DNA from: Pontixanthobacter sp.
GTDB lineage: Bacteria > Pseudomonadota > Alphaproteobacteria > Sphingomonadales > Sphingomonadaceae
Direction of reading: 5' to 3'
Assembly (NCBI GenBank): GCA_049682975.1
Contig: JBAUIN010000044.1
Coordinates: 1-60,693, forward strand
DNA: 60,693 nt
How positions within the stretch are numbered: position 1 is the stretch's first letter; every line of letters starts with the position of its first letter. The notes beneath the pieces are model-generated. The model made no database searches and was not told where the DNA came from. It saw only the letters and a list, made by a program, of their open reading frames with translations. Shown one piece after another: positions 48,440 to 58,172 of the stretch. The position numbers and the translations under genes are program-made.

Positions 48440-49198
48440 GTGAACCCAAAGAGCGCCCTTATCCGACTGCAGGATCGCCAGGCCGCTATCGGCCTGGCGT
48501 TGGCAATGTGCATCGTCGGCGCGTGGCTAACCCTGCACATCTATGCGATGTTCGTTTTCGATCTGACTTGGGCGACGGCACCCTTCGCACTGCTGATCGC
48601 GGCATTGCTATGCTGGCTATCGGTCGGGCTGTTCATCGTCAGTCACGATGCGATGCACGGTTCGCTAGTGCCGAAGGGTGGGCGAATCAATTCGGTGATC
48701 GGCACAGCGTTGCTGTTTCTTTACGCCGGCTTTTCGTATCGCAAGATGCGTGCCGCCCATTTCGATCATCACAAGCTGGCGGGCCGGGCGGGCGATCCCG
48801 ATTTCGACGAGCATCATCCCGACCGTTTCTGGCCATGGTATACGACATTCCTGAAACGGTATTTCGGTATCGGGTCGGCGCTGTTCGTGGGCTGCGTCGC
48901 GGCGGTTTACTGGGCGGTGTTCGACGTGCCGGTGGCGAACATCCTTCTCCTATACGCAATGCCGGCGATCGCATCGTCGATCCAGCTATTCTATTTCGGC
49001 ACCTATCGCCCGCACCATCATAATGGTGAAGCCTTCGCCGACCGGCATAACGCCCGTAGCGAGACGTTCGGCAGTCTGTTGAGTTTGGCGACCTGCTTCC
49101 ATTTCGGGTATCACCGGGAACATCATATCCACCCCGATACGCCCTGGTGGGCGCTGCCCAGAAAACGCGGCGCGGTGCATCGTGAGGTGTCGGTATGA
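48440..49198 (+). CDS. crtW: Beta-carotene ketolase
   Basis: His boxes HDAMH, HFDHH, HREHH; GDPDF; coupled to crtZ. Start could be 48398. Confidence 0.92.
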   Translation: MNPKSALIRLQDRQAAIGLALAMCIVGAWLTLHIYAMFVFDLTWATAPFALLIAALLCWLSVGLFIVSHDAMHGSLVPKGGRINSVIGTALLFLYAGFSYRKMRAAHFDHHKLAGRAGDPDFDEHHPDRFWPWYTTFLKRYFGIGSALFVGCVAAVYWAVFDVPVANILLLYAMPAIASSIQLFYFGTYRPHHHNGEAFADRHNARSETFGSLLSLATCFHFGYHREHHIHPDTPWWALPRKRGAVHREVSV

Positions 49199-49695
49199 AT
49201 GTTTTGACAATCCTCGCCATCGTTGCCGTTTCCGTAATCGGCATGGAGATTTTCGCATGGTGGGCGCATAAATACATCATGCACGGATGGGGCTGGGGCT
49301 GGCATCGCGACCATCACGAACCGCACGACAATGCGCTGGAAAAGAACGATCTTTATGCCGTCGTATTCGGCGGGATCGTGTTCGTAATGTTCGTCATCGG
49401 CTACCTCTATTCCGATGCGCTATGGTGGGCGGCATTCGGCATCACTTTATACGGGGTGATCTACACGCTCATTCATGACGGGTTGGTGCATCGCCGTTTC
49501 TGGAAATGGACACCGAAGCGTGGTTACGCGAAACGATTGGTGCAGGCCCACCGTTTGCATCACGCCACTATCGGCAAGGAGGGCGGCGTCAGCTTCGGCT
49601 TCGTATTCGCCCGCGATCCGGCACGATTGAAGGCGGAATTGAAGCGTCAGAAGGAAGCGGGGGTCGCCCAGATACGCGAAAGCGCCGGAACCTGA
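49195..49695 (+). CDS. crtZ: Beta-carotene hydroxylase
   Basis: HKYIMHGWGWGWHRDHH, HDGLVH, HRLHH, VSFGF. Confidence 0.95.
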   Translation: MNVLTILAIVAVSVIGMEIFAWWAHKYIMHGWGWGWHRDHHEPHDNALEKNDLYAVVFGGIVFVMFVIGYLYSDALWWAAFGITLYGVIYTLIHDGLVHRRFWKWTPKRGYAKRLVQAHRLHHATIGKEGGVSFGFVFARDPARLKAELKRQKEAGVAQIRESAGT

Positions 49696-49972
49696 TAGCT
49701 CCGACGCTTATCACGTTTCCCTTCGCCGATTTGGCTCAGGCGTAATTTACATACAATCCATGGATCAGGCCGGGAATGAAACCGAGCAGGGTCAGCACGA
49801 GATTGAGTAGTGCAGTGCCCCCAACGCCATGTTTCAGGGCCACACCCAAAGGTGGAATAAAGATCGTCGCGAGTAATGTGATAATGGACATGCAGTCTTT
49901 TCCTTTTGCGCGGGACCAAATCGGTCCGTCTATGCGCGTAAAATGACTGGCATAGCGTTGCGTTCCTGCATT

Positions 49973-50320
49973 TTATTCCGCGCGCGTCGCAATCCAGCCG
50001 CCGCAAATGATTAAGATCGCAAGCGAAATATAGTAATACGGCGCGCCCAGCGTGTACCAGGTGAACACCGCGCCCGCCGTCATTGCCAGTATTGCCAAGG
50101 TCTTTGATTTGCGCGAAATCGCCCGCCGCTCCCGCCAGTCGCGCACTTGGGGGCCCCAGGTGGGGTGATCGAGAATGCGCTGTTCCCATGCGGGATTGCT
50201 TCGCGCAAAACAGAACACCGCCAACAACAGGAACGGCACCGTCGGCATGATCGGCAGCACTGCGCCGATCGCACCCAGCGCCACGCTAATCAGTCCGCCC
50301 GCGAAAAAAAGCGGGCGCAC
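49973..50320 (-). CDS. ybaN: YbaN (DUF454) membrane protein
   Basis: LPIMPTVPFLLLA..CFARS. Confidence 0.9.
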   Translation of the reverse strand: MRPLFFAGGLISVALGAIGAVLPIMPTVPFLLLAVFCFARSNPAWEQRILDHPTWGPQVRDWRERRAISRKSKTLAILAMTAGAVFTWYTLGAPYYYISLAILIICGGWIATRAE

Positions 50321-50324
50321 GGGG

Positions 50325-50732
50325 TCAGGCGCTTGCGATGCGGGTGGCGTGTTCTTTCACCAGCGCGATCATGTTGGGAATGCCCTGCGTCCGGTTGGAG
50401 CTCAACTGGTTCTTCAGATCGAACGGATCGAGCGCGCCGGTTACGTCCATCGCCGCGACTTTATCGGCGGGCTGATCCTGCACGGCGGCGATGACGAGCG
50501 CCACGATACCTTTGGTAATTGCCGCATTGCTGTCGGCCAGAAAATGCAGGCGATCCTCCGCATCGGTGGGATAGACCCAAACGCTGGCCGAACAACCGCG
50601 CACCAGCGTCGCGTCGGTTTTGAGCGCATCGGGCATCATGTCCAACTCGCGCCCCAATTCGATCAGCAGACGATAGCGTTCATCGCCTTCCAGAAATTCA
50701 TATTCTTCGCGGATGTCGTCTAAACTGCGCAA
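50325..50732 (-). CDS. sufE: SufE family protein
   Basis: VRGCSASVW, ADSNAAITKG, LSSNRTQG. TTG start is inferred. Confidence 0.9.
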   Translation of the reverse strand: MRSLDDIREEYEFLEGDERYRLLIELGRELDMMPDALKTDATLVRGCSASVWVYPTDAEDRLHFLADSNAAITKGIVALVIAAVQDQPADKVAAMDVTGALDPFDLKNQLSSNRTQGIPNMIALVKEHATRIASA

Positions 50733-50743
50733 AATTACCGAAC

Positions 50744-50829
50744 CGTCATTACGAGCGGAGCGAAGCAATCCAGGGCATTGTTCGCTGTCGCCCCTGGATA
50801 GCTTCGTCGCTGCGCTCCTCGCAATGACG
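50744..50829. repeat. Alphaproteobacterial palindromic intergenic repeat (REP/RPE-like)
   Basis: CGTCATTACGAGCGGAGCGAAGCAATCCAG...CTGGATAGCTTCGTCGCTGCGCTCCTCGCAATGACG. Confidence 0.85.
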
Positions 50830-50862
50830 ATCCTGGAGAAGAGCCGATGTAATGCCTGTCGC

Positions 50863-51102
50863 CTACAAATCCACCCCGCGCGCGATCGCTTCCAACTGGC
50901 GGATGCGTTCTTTCAGATCGGCGATTTCGATACGCGCAGTGCCATAGGATGCGCCACCGTCGATCTCGCCGATACCATTTCCCGTCCGGTCGAGTTCGCG
51001 GGATTTAAGCGCGATCCAGTCCTGCCACGCCTTCAATCCGATGAGAGCCACGATGGTCACGGCGATGATGATTCCACTCGAAATGATGATTTGTTCGGTC
51101 AT
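50863..51102 (-). CDS. PspB-like small membrane protein
   Basis: TM helix plus LKERIRQLEAIA. Confidence 0.8.
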   Translation of the reverse strand: MTEQIIISSGIIIAVTIVALIGLKAWQDWIALKSRELDRTGNGIGEIDGGASYGTARIEIADLKERIRQLEAIARGVDL

Positions 51103-51130
51103 GATCGCTGTGCCTCTCTTCCAATTCCGC

Positions 51131-51397
51131 CTATTTGTCCCGCAACCGGTCGATTTCGTCGGAGATCGCCTTGATCTCGCGCGCTTCGGTGGTGTTGGCA
51201 TCGGTGGCGATGCGTTCCAGCACGCGGATACGTTCGCGTAATTCCTGAATTTCGCGTTCCGCTTCGGCCGGATCGGTGCCTGCTGCATCGCCGTCCAGAT
51301 CCTTCCGGCTGGACGACCGGTCGCGGGCCTTTGTCATCTGGACCAATCCCCAGATGATGATCGCAACGATCGCAACGAACGCCCATGAACTCATCAA
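51131..51397 (-). CDS. PspB-like small membrane protein
   Basis: TM helix plus LRERIRVLERIATD. Confidence 0.82.
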   Translation of the reverse strand: MMSSWAFVAIVAIIIWGLVQMTKARDRSSSRKDLDGDAAGTDPAEAEREIQELRERIRVLERIATDANTTEAREIKAISDEIDRLRDK

Positions 51398-51765
51398 TTC
51401 GCCCCTGCTTGATCGAATGCCCGATCTCGCTCGGAGTCGCGCCCTAAATCACGCAACGTGTTGATCTCGTGCGTCAACTGATAGCCGCTATCGGTGACGA
51501 TCCGCTCGACATTGCCGAGCCTGTCTTTCATCGAGCCCAGTTCCGCGCGCAATTCGGCATTTTCCTTCGTCAGCAAGGCAACGCGCTGCGCGGTTTGGCC
51601 GTCCGTCGAAGGTTTGAGCGATTGCCCCCACATGCCTTCGAGCGGGTAGCCATTGGCGATCTTCAGCTTGGTCGTATGAACCCATCCCCAGGTTCCCGCC
51701 AAACCGATAGCGAGCCCGCCGCCGATCAACCACGGGATATACGGTATGAAATCGAAGCTTTGCAT
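51394..51765 (-). CDS. PspB-like membrane protein
   Basis: Start MQSFDF; TM helix plus MKDRLGNVERIVTD. Confidence 0.82.
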   Translation of the reverse strand: MQSFDFIPYIPWLIGGGLAIGLAGTWGWVHTTKLKIANGYPLEGMWGQSLKPSTDGQTAQRVALLTKENAELRAELGSMKDRLGNVERIVTDSGYQLTHEINTLRDLGRDSERDRAFDQAGAN

Positions 51766-52079
51766 TATATTTTCTCCTTCTTCGCGATATTGAGCGGTGT
51801 GCCGGCATCGGTGTGTTCCACGTCGCGGGTATCGCGCAATGCCTCGATTTGGGTGGCCACATCGTATCCGCGGTCGGTAACGATGCGTTCCAGAACCTGC
51901 ACCCGATCTTCGAGATGCGTGATCTGGCTGGCATATTGGGCGGCCTTTTCGGCACTGCCTTCCGCGGTGGCTTTCAACCGCTTTTCTTCGAGCTTGGTGC
52001 GCGACTGCGTCCAGACGATAAAGGCGACCATCAGGAACGGTGCCAGTGGAATGAGGTAGGCCCAATCGAACATTCGCAT
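51765..52079 (-). CDS. PspB-like membrane protein
   Basis: TM helix plus LEDRVQVLERIVTD. Confidence 0.82.
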   Translation of the reverse strand: MRMFDWAYLIPLAPFLMVAFIVWTQSRTKLEEKRLKATAEGSAEKAAQYASQITHLEDRVQVLERIVTDRGYDVATQIEALRDTRDVEHTDAGTPLNIAKKEKI

Positions 52080-52100
52080 TCTCCCCGGTAAGTAACTCTG

Positions 52101-52484
52101 TCAGCGCAGCCGCTCGATCTCGGCATTCAAACGCGGATTGCTTGTGACGTAGAAATCTTCCACTTCGGCAAGGCGGCGATCCACATCGCGCATCCGGCTG
52201 CGGATTTCCCGCGCCGTGCGCTGCGGCGATTGGCGTACGCCCTGCCAGTATTTCTGTTCTTCCGGCGCGACATAGAGATGGGACGGTTTCTTGTTCAGCA
52301 GCAGGCCCGCCAGGAAATACAGGGGCAGAACCACCGGGCTCAAGGCGCCGGTCACGACCATCAATATAGTGGCGAGGCGGATCCACAGGACATTGACGCC
52401 CGTATAATCCGCGATCCCCGCGCAAACGCCCATCAGTTTCGCGTTCTGCTTGTCACGGTAAAGTGTGGTGCGTTCGCTGGTCAT
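52101..52484 (-). CDS. pspC: Phage shock protein C
   Basis: LYRDKQNAKLMGVCAGIADY. Confidence 0.95.
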   Translation of the reverse strand: MTSERTTLYRDKQNAKLMGVCAGIADYTGVNVLWIRLATILMVVTGALSPVVLPLYFLAGLLLNKKPSHLYVAPEEQKYWQGVRQSPQRTAREIRSRMRDVDRRLAEVEDFYVTSNPRLNAEIERLR

Positions 52485-52786
52485 CGGGCGTTCTCCTTCT
52501 TTTCGGCGATCATGCGATCGAGTTCCTGCAGTTTCTGGTTGTCCCGATCGTGATCGTGCATCAGCTTTGCGGGGCGATATTCGGGATTGTCGGACGCGAC
52601 CAGGCGCTCGACCGTGTCCATCCGGTCGTCCAACCGCTTCGCCAGATGGTACAATTCATCCAGCAATTGCTCGTCATCGTTGGTGATGGTGCCGGCAGTT
52701 TTCCATTTCGTCATGTAGTGCATGATGAGCCACGGCAGGGCGATGAACAGTACGGGTATGACGATTATTTCGCTGGGAAAATCCAT
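52481..52786 (-). CDS. pspB: Phage shock protein B
   Basis: PWLIMHY, RLDDRMDTVERLV; lies between pspA and pspC. Confidence 0.93.
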   Translation of the reverse strand: MDFPSEIIVIPVLFIALPWLIMHYMTKWKTAGTITNDDEQLLDELYHLAKRLDDRMDTVERLVASDNPEYRPAKLMHDHDRDNQKLQELDRMIAEKKENAR

Positions 52787-52790
52787 GTCT

Positions 52791-53666
52791 TCAATCCTTC
52801 GTATCCGGCGCGGGCTTACCCAGCGCGCGTTTCATTTCTTCCAGTTCCGCATCGACCTTGTCCGCACCTTCCAGCGCGGCGATCTCGTCGGACAGGCTGG
52901 GCGGGCCGCCCTTGTCCATATTCATGGCCTCCGCCCGGCCTTCCGCATGATCCACATGCCGCTCCAGCTGATCGAAGCGCGACAGGGCGTCGTCGACTCG
53001 CTCGGTACTCATCAGCGTGCGTAGCTTGACCCGGTTTTCCGCGCTTTCCAGACGAGCCGCGATGGCGGTCTGACGGCTACGAGCTTCGCGCAGGCGGTTC
53101 TGCAATTTGTCGATGTCTTTTTCGTAAGCGCGCAACGCATCGTCCAGCACGGTGATTTCCGCGCGTAATTGCTCCGACATGTCGGCGGCTTTCTTACGCT
53201 CGACCAGAGCGGCACGCGCTAGATCTTCGCGATCCTTGCTCAATGCCAATTGCGCTTTCTCGCCCCAATCGGCCTGCAGCTTGTCCAGCTTCACGCTGTG
53301 ACGGTGCATTTCCTTCTGGTCGGCGATAGTGCGCGCGGCACTGGCGCGCACTTCGACCAGCGTTTCCTCCATTTCGAGGATGATCATGCGGATCATCTTC
53401 GCCGGATCGTCGGCATTATCGAGCATGTCGTTGAAATTGGCGGCGATGATATCACGGGTTCGGCTGAATATTCCCATCAAGGGTGCTCCGGTTTTGAAAA
53501 GGTTGGCAATATCATCCCAGTCGGATTTGATATCGGACGTTGTCTTGGCGTTTATCGTGGGGTCGGCGGTCGGCGTGGGGCTGGTGCGCAACCGTTCGAC
53601 TTCCGCCTGCAGACGGGACGGTTTGCGTTCCGGTATCAGCCTGTCGTCCGGTCCCGAGGCGCTCAT
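52791..53666 (-). CDS. pspA: Phage shock protein A (canonical MGIFSR at 53477; in-frame extension from 53666)
   Basis: MGIFSRTRDII..DPAKMIRMIILEMEETL and coiled coil. Confidence 0.93.
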   Translation of the reverse strand: MSASGPDDRLIPERKPSRLQAEVERLRTSPTPTADPTINAKTTSDIKSDWDDIANLFKTGAPLMGIFSRTRDIIAANFNDMLDNADDPAKMIRMIILEMEETLVEVRASAARTIADQKEMHRHSVKLDKLQADWGEKAQLALSKDREDLARAALVERKKAADMSEQLRAEITVLDDALRAYEKDIDKLQNRLREARSRQTAIAARLESAENRVKLRTLMSTERVDDALSRFDQLERHVDHAEGRAEAMNMDKGGPPSLSDEIAALEGADKVDAELEEMKRALGKPAPDTKD

Positions 53667-53839
53667 GCCAGTTCGACCATATGGACGATACCGATCATAC
53701 CTTCCGCTTCCGATGCGGTGTAGGCGCTGGCGGGGGTGAGGTTCATTTGCGTGCTGATCGCCACGAACAGGCACATGGCGGTAACGCAGGCGCAGGACGC
53801 TTTGCCGAGTTTGCTGGAGAGGAAATTGCGATCGAACAT
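53663..53839 (-). CDS. Small membrane/secreted protein, first gene of the psp operon
   Basis: 58 aa, AAGGA RBS, ATGA overlap with the extended pspA. Confidence 0.7.
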   Translation of the reverse strand: MFDRNFLSSKLGKASCACVTAMCLFVAISTQMNLTPASAYTASEAEGMIGIVHMVELA

Positions 53840-53890
53840 GGTGTCGTTCCTTCGGGTCAAATGGTCTGCGTTGGTGTTCGACTATCGCTC

Positions 53891-53906
53891 TGCAACGGCT
53901 GTGCCA
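53891..53906 (-). promoter_or_regulatory. sigma54 promoter of the psp operon
   Basis: TGGCACAGCCGTTGCA on the minus strand, divergent from pspF. Confidence 0.88.
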
Positions 53907-54007
53907 GTTTGGATTTGTTCCGCGTAATCAAAGAGATAATAAACCGTGTGCTTTAGTCGTATGGCGCCTATTGCCAAATATCGGGAAATTTCACTATAGA
54001 TCGGTGC

Positions 54008-55045
54008 ATGGAGCGGGAAAATCAATTCATCGGCCAGTCGGGCGCGTTTTTGGATGCGGTCGAACGGGCCAGTCAGGCCGCGCCGATGCGCCGCCCCGTT
54101 TTGGTAATCGGGGAGCGGGGGACCGGCAAGGAACTGATCGCCGAACGACTGCACCGTCTGTCGGAACGCTGGGGCGAACCGCTGGTCACGATGAATTGCG
54201 CTGCCTTGCCGGAAACCTTGATCGAGGCGGAACTGTTCGGGCACGAGGCAGGCGCATTTACCGGTGCGACCAAGGTTCGCGCCGGACGGTTCGAGGAAGC
54301 GGATAAGGGCACGCTGTTTCTAGACGAGTTGGGTACGCTGTCCATGGCGGCGCAGGAACGGCTGTTGCGCGCGGTCGAATATGGGGAGGTCACACGCATC
54401 GGATCATCGCGCCCCGTGCGCGTCGATGTCCGCATCGTGGCCGCCACAAACGCCGATCTGCCTCAGGCTGCGCAGCGCGGCGATTTCCGGCCGGACTTGC
54501 TCGATCGCCTCAGCTTCGAAGTTATCACCCTGCCGCCCTTGCGCGTGCGGGAAGGGGATGTCGAAGTGCTGGCCGATTATTTCGGGCGGCGCATGGCGGC
54601 GGAAATCGGCTGGGAGGGCTGGCCCGGCTTTGCGTCCCACGTCGCCAAGGAGATGGAGGATTACGCCTGGCCCGGCAATGTGCGCGAATTGCGCAATGTG
54701 GTGGAGCGCGCGATCTATCGCTGGGGCAATTGGGAAGAACCCATCGGCCATGTCCAGTTCGACCCGTTCGACAGCCCGTGGAAACCCATGGAAGCTGCGC
54801 CGAAATCGTCCGGCGGGGTGGCCAGCGCCCAGCAAATGGAAGCGAACCCGTCGAAATCGCCCGCGCAGGACATCGACACGATCGACGACCTTCGCGGTGC
54901 GGTTGACCAGCATGAGCGCACCATCGTCGAACATGCTCTCGGCAAACATCGCTGGAACCAGCGCCAGACCGCCAAGGCCTTGGGCGTGACTTACGACCAG
55001 CTACGCCATTGTATTAAGAAACATGGGTTAAGCGATAATAATTGA
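54008..55045 (+). CDS. pspF: sigma54 activator PspF
   Basis: GERGTGKE, GAFTGA, WPGNVREL, C-terminal HTH; no receiver domain. Confidence 0.96.
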   Translation: MERENQFIGQSGAFLDAVERASQAAPMRRPVLVIGERGTGKELIAERLHRLSERWGEPLVTMNCAALPETLIEAELFGHEAGAFTGATKVRAGRFEEADKGTLFLDELGTLSMAAQERLLRAVEYGEVTRIGSSRPVRVDVRIVAATNADLPQAAQRGDFRPDLLDRLSFEVITLPPLRVREGDVEVLADYFGRRMAAEIGWEGWPGFASHVAKEMEDYAWPGNVRELRNVVERAIYRWGNWEEPIGHVQFDPFDSPWKPMEAAPKSSGGVASAQQMEANPSKSPAQDIDTIDDLRGAVDQHERTIVEHALGKHRWNQRQTAKALGVTYDQLRHCIKKHGLSDNN

Positions 55046-55177
55046 GGTGTTGCAAAGCCGGCCATGGCGTTCTAATTGACACCAATCCCGACATTGTGAG
55101 TGCAGAGTGGGGCTGGCGCCGAAAGGGGCCGGCAGCGAACCTCTTTGCACGATGCGATGTTCACCGACGGAGAATGC

Positions 55178-55747
55178 ATGGCCGATCTGGCAGCCCTCAA
55201 TGATGTGATCGGACCCGAAGCGCAGGCGCTGGGTTTCGAACTCGTACGCGTGAAAATGATGCCATCCGAAGCCGGAGATGGCGGGCAGGCGTTGCAGATC
55301 ATGGCGGAAGATCCCGCCACCGGGCAGTTGCTGATCGAACAATGTGCCGCCCTTTCGCGCGCCATATCCGCGAAATTGGATGCGTTGGAGGACGAAGGCA
55401 CCGTCCTCGTACCCGGCGCGTATCATCTGGAAGTGTCCAGCCCCGGTATCGACCGTCCGCTGACCCGGCCTAAGGATTTCACGGATTGGGCGGGGCACGA
55501 GGCCAAGATCGCGCTGACCGAGAAAGTGCATGGCCACCGCAATTTGCGCGGGGCGCTTATCGGCATATCGGACGATGATATGGTCACGATCGACGATAAA
55601 GGCGGAAAAGAGGTTTCTTTCCCCCGCTCCCTCATTCATTCGGCGAAGCTGGTCCTGACGGACGAGTTGATCGCCGCAACGCAACCGCTCGACACCGCCG
55701 GTGCCGAGGATATTCTTGAAGATACAGAAGAAAAGGCTGACGACTGA
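55178..55747 (+). CDS. rimP: Ribosome maturation factor
   Basis: YHLEVSSPGIDRPL; GGAG RBS. Confidence 0.96.
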   Translation: MADLAALNDVIGPEAQALGFELVRVKMMPSEAGDGGQALQIMAEDPATGQLLIEQCAALSRAISAKLDALEDEGTVLVPGAYHLEVSSPGIDRPLTRPKDFTDWAGHEAKIALTEKVHGHRNLRGALIGISDDDMVTIDDKGGKEVSFPRSLIHSAKLVLTDELIAATQPLDTAGAEDILEDTEEKADD

Positions 55748-57429
55748 TGGCCACTGCAATTTCCGCCAACAAGGCAGAGCTGCTCGCGATCGCAACCGCG
55801 GTCGCTTCGGAAAAGATGATCGACAAGGCGATCGTCATCGAAGCGATGGAAGAAGCGATCCAGAAAAGCGCCCGCAACCGCTACGGCGCCGAAAACGACA
55901 TCCGTGCGAAGCTGGACCCGAAAACCGGCGATCTGCGCCTGTGGCGTGTCGTCGAAGTGGTTGAAGAGGTCGAGGATTATTTCAAGCAGGTCGATCTGAA
56001 AGCCGCGCAGAAGCTGGAAGCCGATGCGAAGCTGGGCGACTTCATCGTCGATCCGCTGCCGCCGGTCGATCTTGGGCGTATCGATGCGCAATCCGCCAAA
56101 CAGGTCATCTTCCAGAAAGTCCGCGACGCCGAGCGTGAGCGGCAGTTCGAAGAGTTCAAGGACCGCAACGACGAAGTCATCACCGGCGTCATCAAATCGG
56201 TCGAATTCGGTCATGTGATCGTCAATCTCGGCCGTGCGGAAGGCGTCATTCGCCGCGACCAGCAGATCCCGCGAGAGGCGGTTCGTGTCGGTGAACGTAT
56301 CCGTGCGCTGATTACCAAGGTGGAACGCAACAATCGCGGGCCGCAGATTTTCCTCAGCCGCGCGCATCCTGATTTCATGCGCAAACTGTTCGCGCAGGAA
56401 GTGCCCGAAATTTACGACGGCATCATCGAGATCAAGGCCGCCGCTCGCGATCCCGGCAGCCGCGCTAAGATCGGCGTCATCAGCCATGACAGTTCCATCG
56501 ACCCGGTCGGTGCCTGTGTCGGTATGAAGGGTAGCCGCGTTCAGGCCGTCGTGCAGGAATTGCAGGGCGAAAAGATCGACATTATTCCCTGGTCGGAAGA
56601 TACGGCGACCTTCGTGGTCAACGGCCTGCAGCCCGCCACCGTCGCCCGCGTCGTTCTGGATGAGGACGAGGGCCGCATCGAAGTCGTCGTGCCGGACGAT
56701 CAGCTGTCGCTCGCCATCGGTCGGCGCGGGCAGAACGTGCGCCTCGCCAGCCAGCTGACCGGTCACCAGATCGATATCATGACCGAAGAGGAAGCGAGCG
56801 AGAAGCGGCAGAAGGAATTCTCCGAACGCTCCAAAATGTTCGAAGAAGAACTCGATGTCGATGAAACGCTATCGCAGCTGCTGGTTGCGGAAGGTTTCGC
56901 CGAGCTGGAAGAGGTCGCCTATGTCGAGCTGGAAGAGCTCGCCGCGATCGAGGGTTTCGACGACGATCTTGCCGAAGAACTGCAAAGCCGTGCGACCGAG
57001 GCGCTGGAGCGTCACGAAGATACCGCGCGTGAAGAACGCAAGGAATTGGGCGTCGAGGATGCTTTGGCCGAAATGCCGCATCTGACCGAAGGCATGCTGG
57101 TCGTGCTGGGCAAGGCGGGGATCAAGACGCTGGACGATCTGGCCGACCTCGCCACCGACGAACTGATCGCGAAAAAGCGCGAGGCACCCAAGCGTCGACA
57201 GCCCGCTCCGACCGACGGCCCGCGCATGAAGGCGGATGTTCAAAGCAAACGCGCCGAGGACAAGGGCGGCGTGCTGGGCGATTACGGCCTGAGCGAAGAG
57301 CAGGGCAACGAGATCATCATGGCCGCCCGCGCGCATTGGTTTGAGGATGAGGACGACGCCGGTGCTGCGACCGCCTCCGACACCAAACCCGATTCCGAGG
57401 AGGCCGCCGATGCGGACTCCACCACATGA
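55747..57429 (+). CDS. nusA: Transcription factor NusA
   Basis: GRIDAQSAKQVI, DPVGACVG, AIGRRGQNVRLA. Confidence 0.98.
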   Translation: MATAISANKAELLAIATAVASEKMIDKAIVIEAMEEAIQKSARNRYGAENDIRAKLDPKTGDLRLWRVVEVVEEVEDYFKQVDLKAAQKLEADAKLGDFIVDPLPPVDLGRIDAQSAKQVIFQKVRDAERERQFEEFKDRNDEVITGVIKSVEFGHVIVNLGRAEGVIRRDQQIPREAVRVGERIRALITKVERNNRGPQIFLSRAHPDFMRKLFAQEVPEIYDGIIEIKAAARDPGSRAKIGVISHDSSIDPVGACVGMKGSRVQAVVQELQGEKIDIIPWSEDTATFVVNGLQPATVARVVLDEDEGRIEVVVPDDQLSLAIGRRGQNVRLASQLTGHQIDIMTEEEASEKRQKEFSERSKMFEEELDVDETLSQLLVAEGFAELEEVAYVELEELAAIEGFDDDLAEELQSRATEALERHEDTAREERKELGVEDALAEMPHLTEGMLVVLGKAGIKTLDDLADLATDELIAKKREAPKRRQPAPTDGPRMKADVQSKRAEDKGGVLGDYGLSEEQGNEIIMAARAHWFEDEDDAGAATASDTKPDSEEAADADSTT

Positions 57430-58141
57430 GCCTGTAAATTCCGCCATCACGGAAGCGGCAACGGGGCGGGGGCACAAGAATGCTTCCGCGCCCGAACGGC
57501 GTTGCATATTGTCCGGCGACACTGCGCCGAAGGACGATCTGGTGCGGCTAGCGATCGGGCCGGATGGTCAGGTCGTGCCCGATCCCCTGGCCCGTGCGCC
57601 AGGTCGCGGGGCGTGGCTCGGCACGGATCGCAAAGGCCTGGAAACGGCGATGGCGAAGGGCAAATTGCGCGGTGCCCTGGCGCGCAGTTTCAAGGGTGCC
57701 GCGCTCAGCGTGCCGGACAATCTGCCGGACTTGATCGAATCGGCGTTGATGCGCGTGTTGCACGATCGCCTGGGGCTCGAAATGCGGGCCGGACATCTTA
57801 TCTTGGGCTCGGACCGGATTGCGGAACAGGCCCGCATGGGGCGCGTGTCGCTGTTGCTTCATGCCAGCGATGCGCGCGAAGACGGCAGCAAAAAACTGGA
57901 TCAGGCGTGGCGCGTCGGATGTGATGCGGAAGGGTCCGGGGCGCGGGGTATCACCTTGCCACTGGACCGGGCGGCCCTGTCTGTGGCATTGGGCCGTGAG
58001 AACGTCGTTCACCTGGCGCTGACCGATGCCGGTTCCGCCGAACGGATCGAAGCGATCCTGTCGCGACTGATGCATTTCCTGCGGGCGGATCAAGCCCCGA
58101 TAGATACCGGTGCGGTGCCCGATGCGCCGCACACGACATGA
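57410..58141 (+). CDS. ylxR: YlxR/DUF448 plus L7Ae-like protein
   Basis: PERRCILSG, PGRGAW, ALGRENVVH; lies between nusA and infB. Confidence 0.9.
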   Translation: MRTPPHEPVNSAITEAATGRGHKNASAPERRCILSGDTAPKDDLVRLAIGPDGQVVPDPLARAPGRGAWLGTDRKGLETAMAKGKLRGALARSFKGAALSVPDNLPDLIESALMRVLHDRLGLEMRAGHLILGSDRIAEQARMGRVSLLLHASDAREDGSKKLDQAWRVGCDAEGSGARGITLPLDRAALSVALGRENVVHLALTDAGSAERIEAILSRLMHFLRADQAPIDTGAVPDAPHTT

Positions 58142-58172
58142 ATTGAAGATTTGAAGGATAGAGACGAGCTTT

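Noticed and set aside
51394..52425. 343-aa track ORF
   Set aside because: Its first part overlaps pspC and the next gene out of frame; the real gene starts at 51765.
55104..55145. Hairpin in the rimP leader
   Set aside because: Plausible leader structure, but I cannot assign it and it is expected at this operon.
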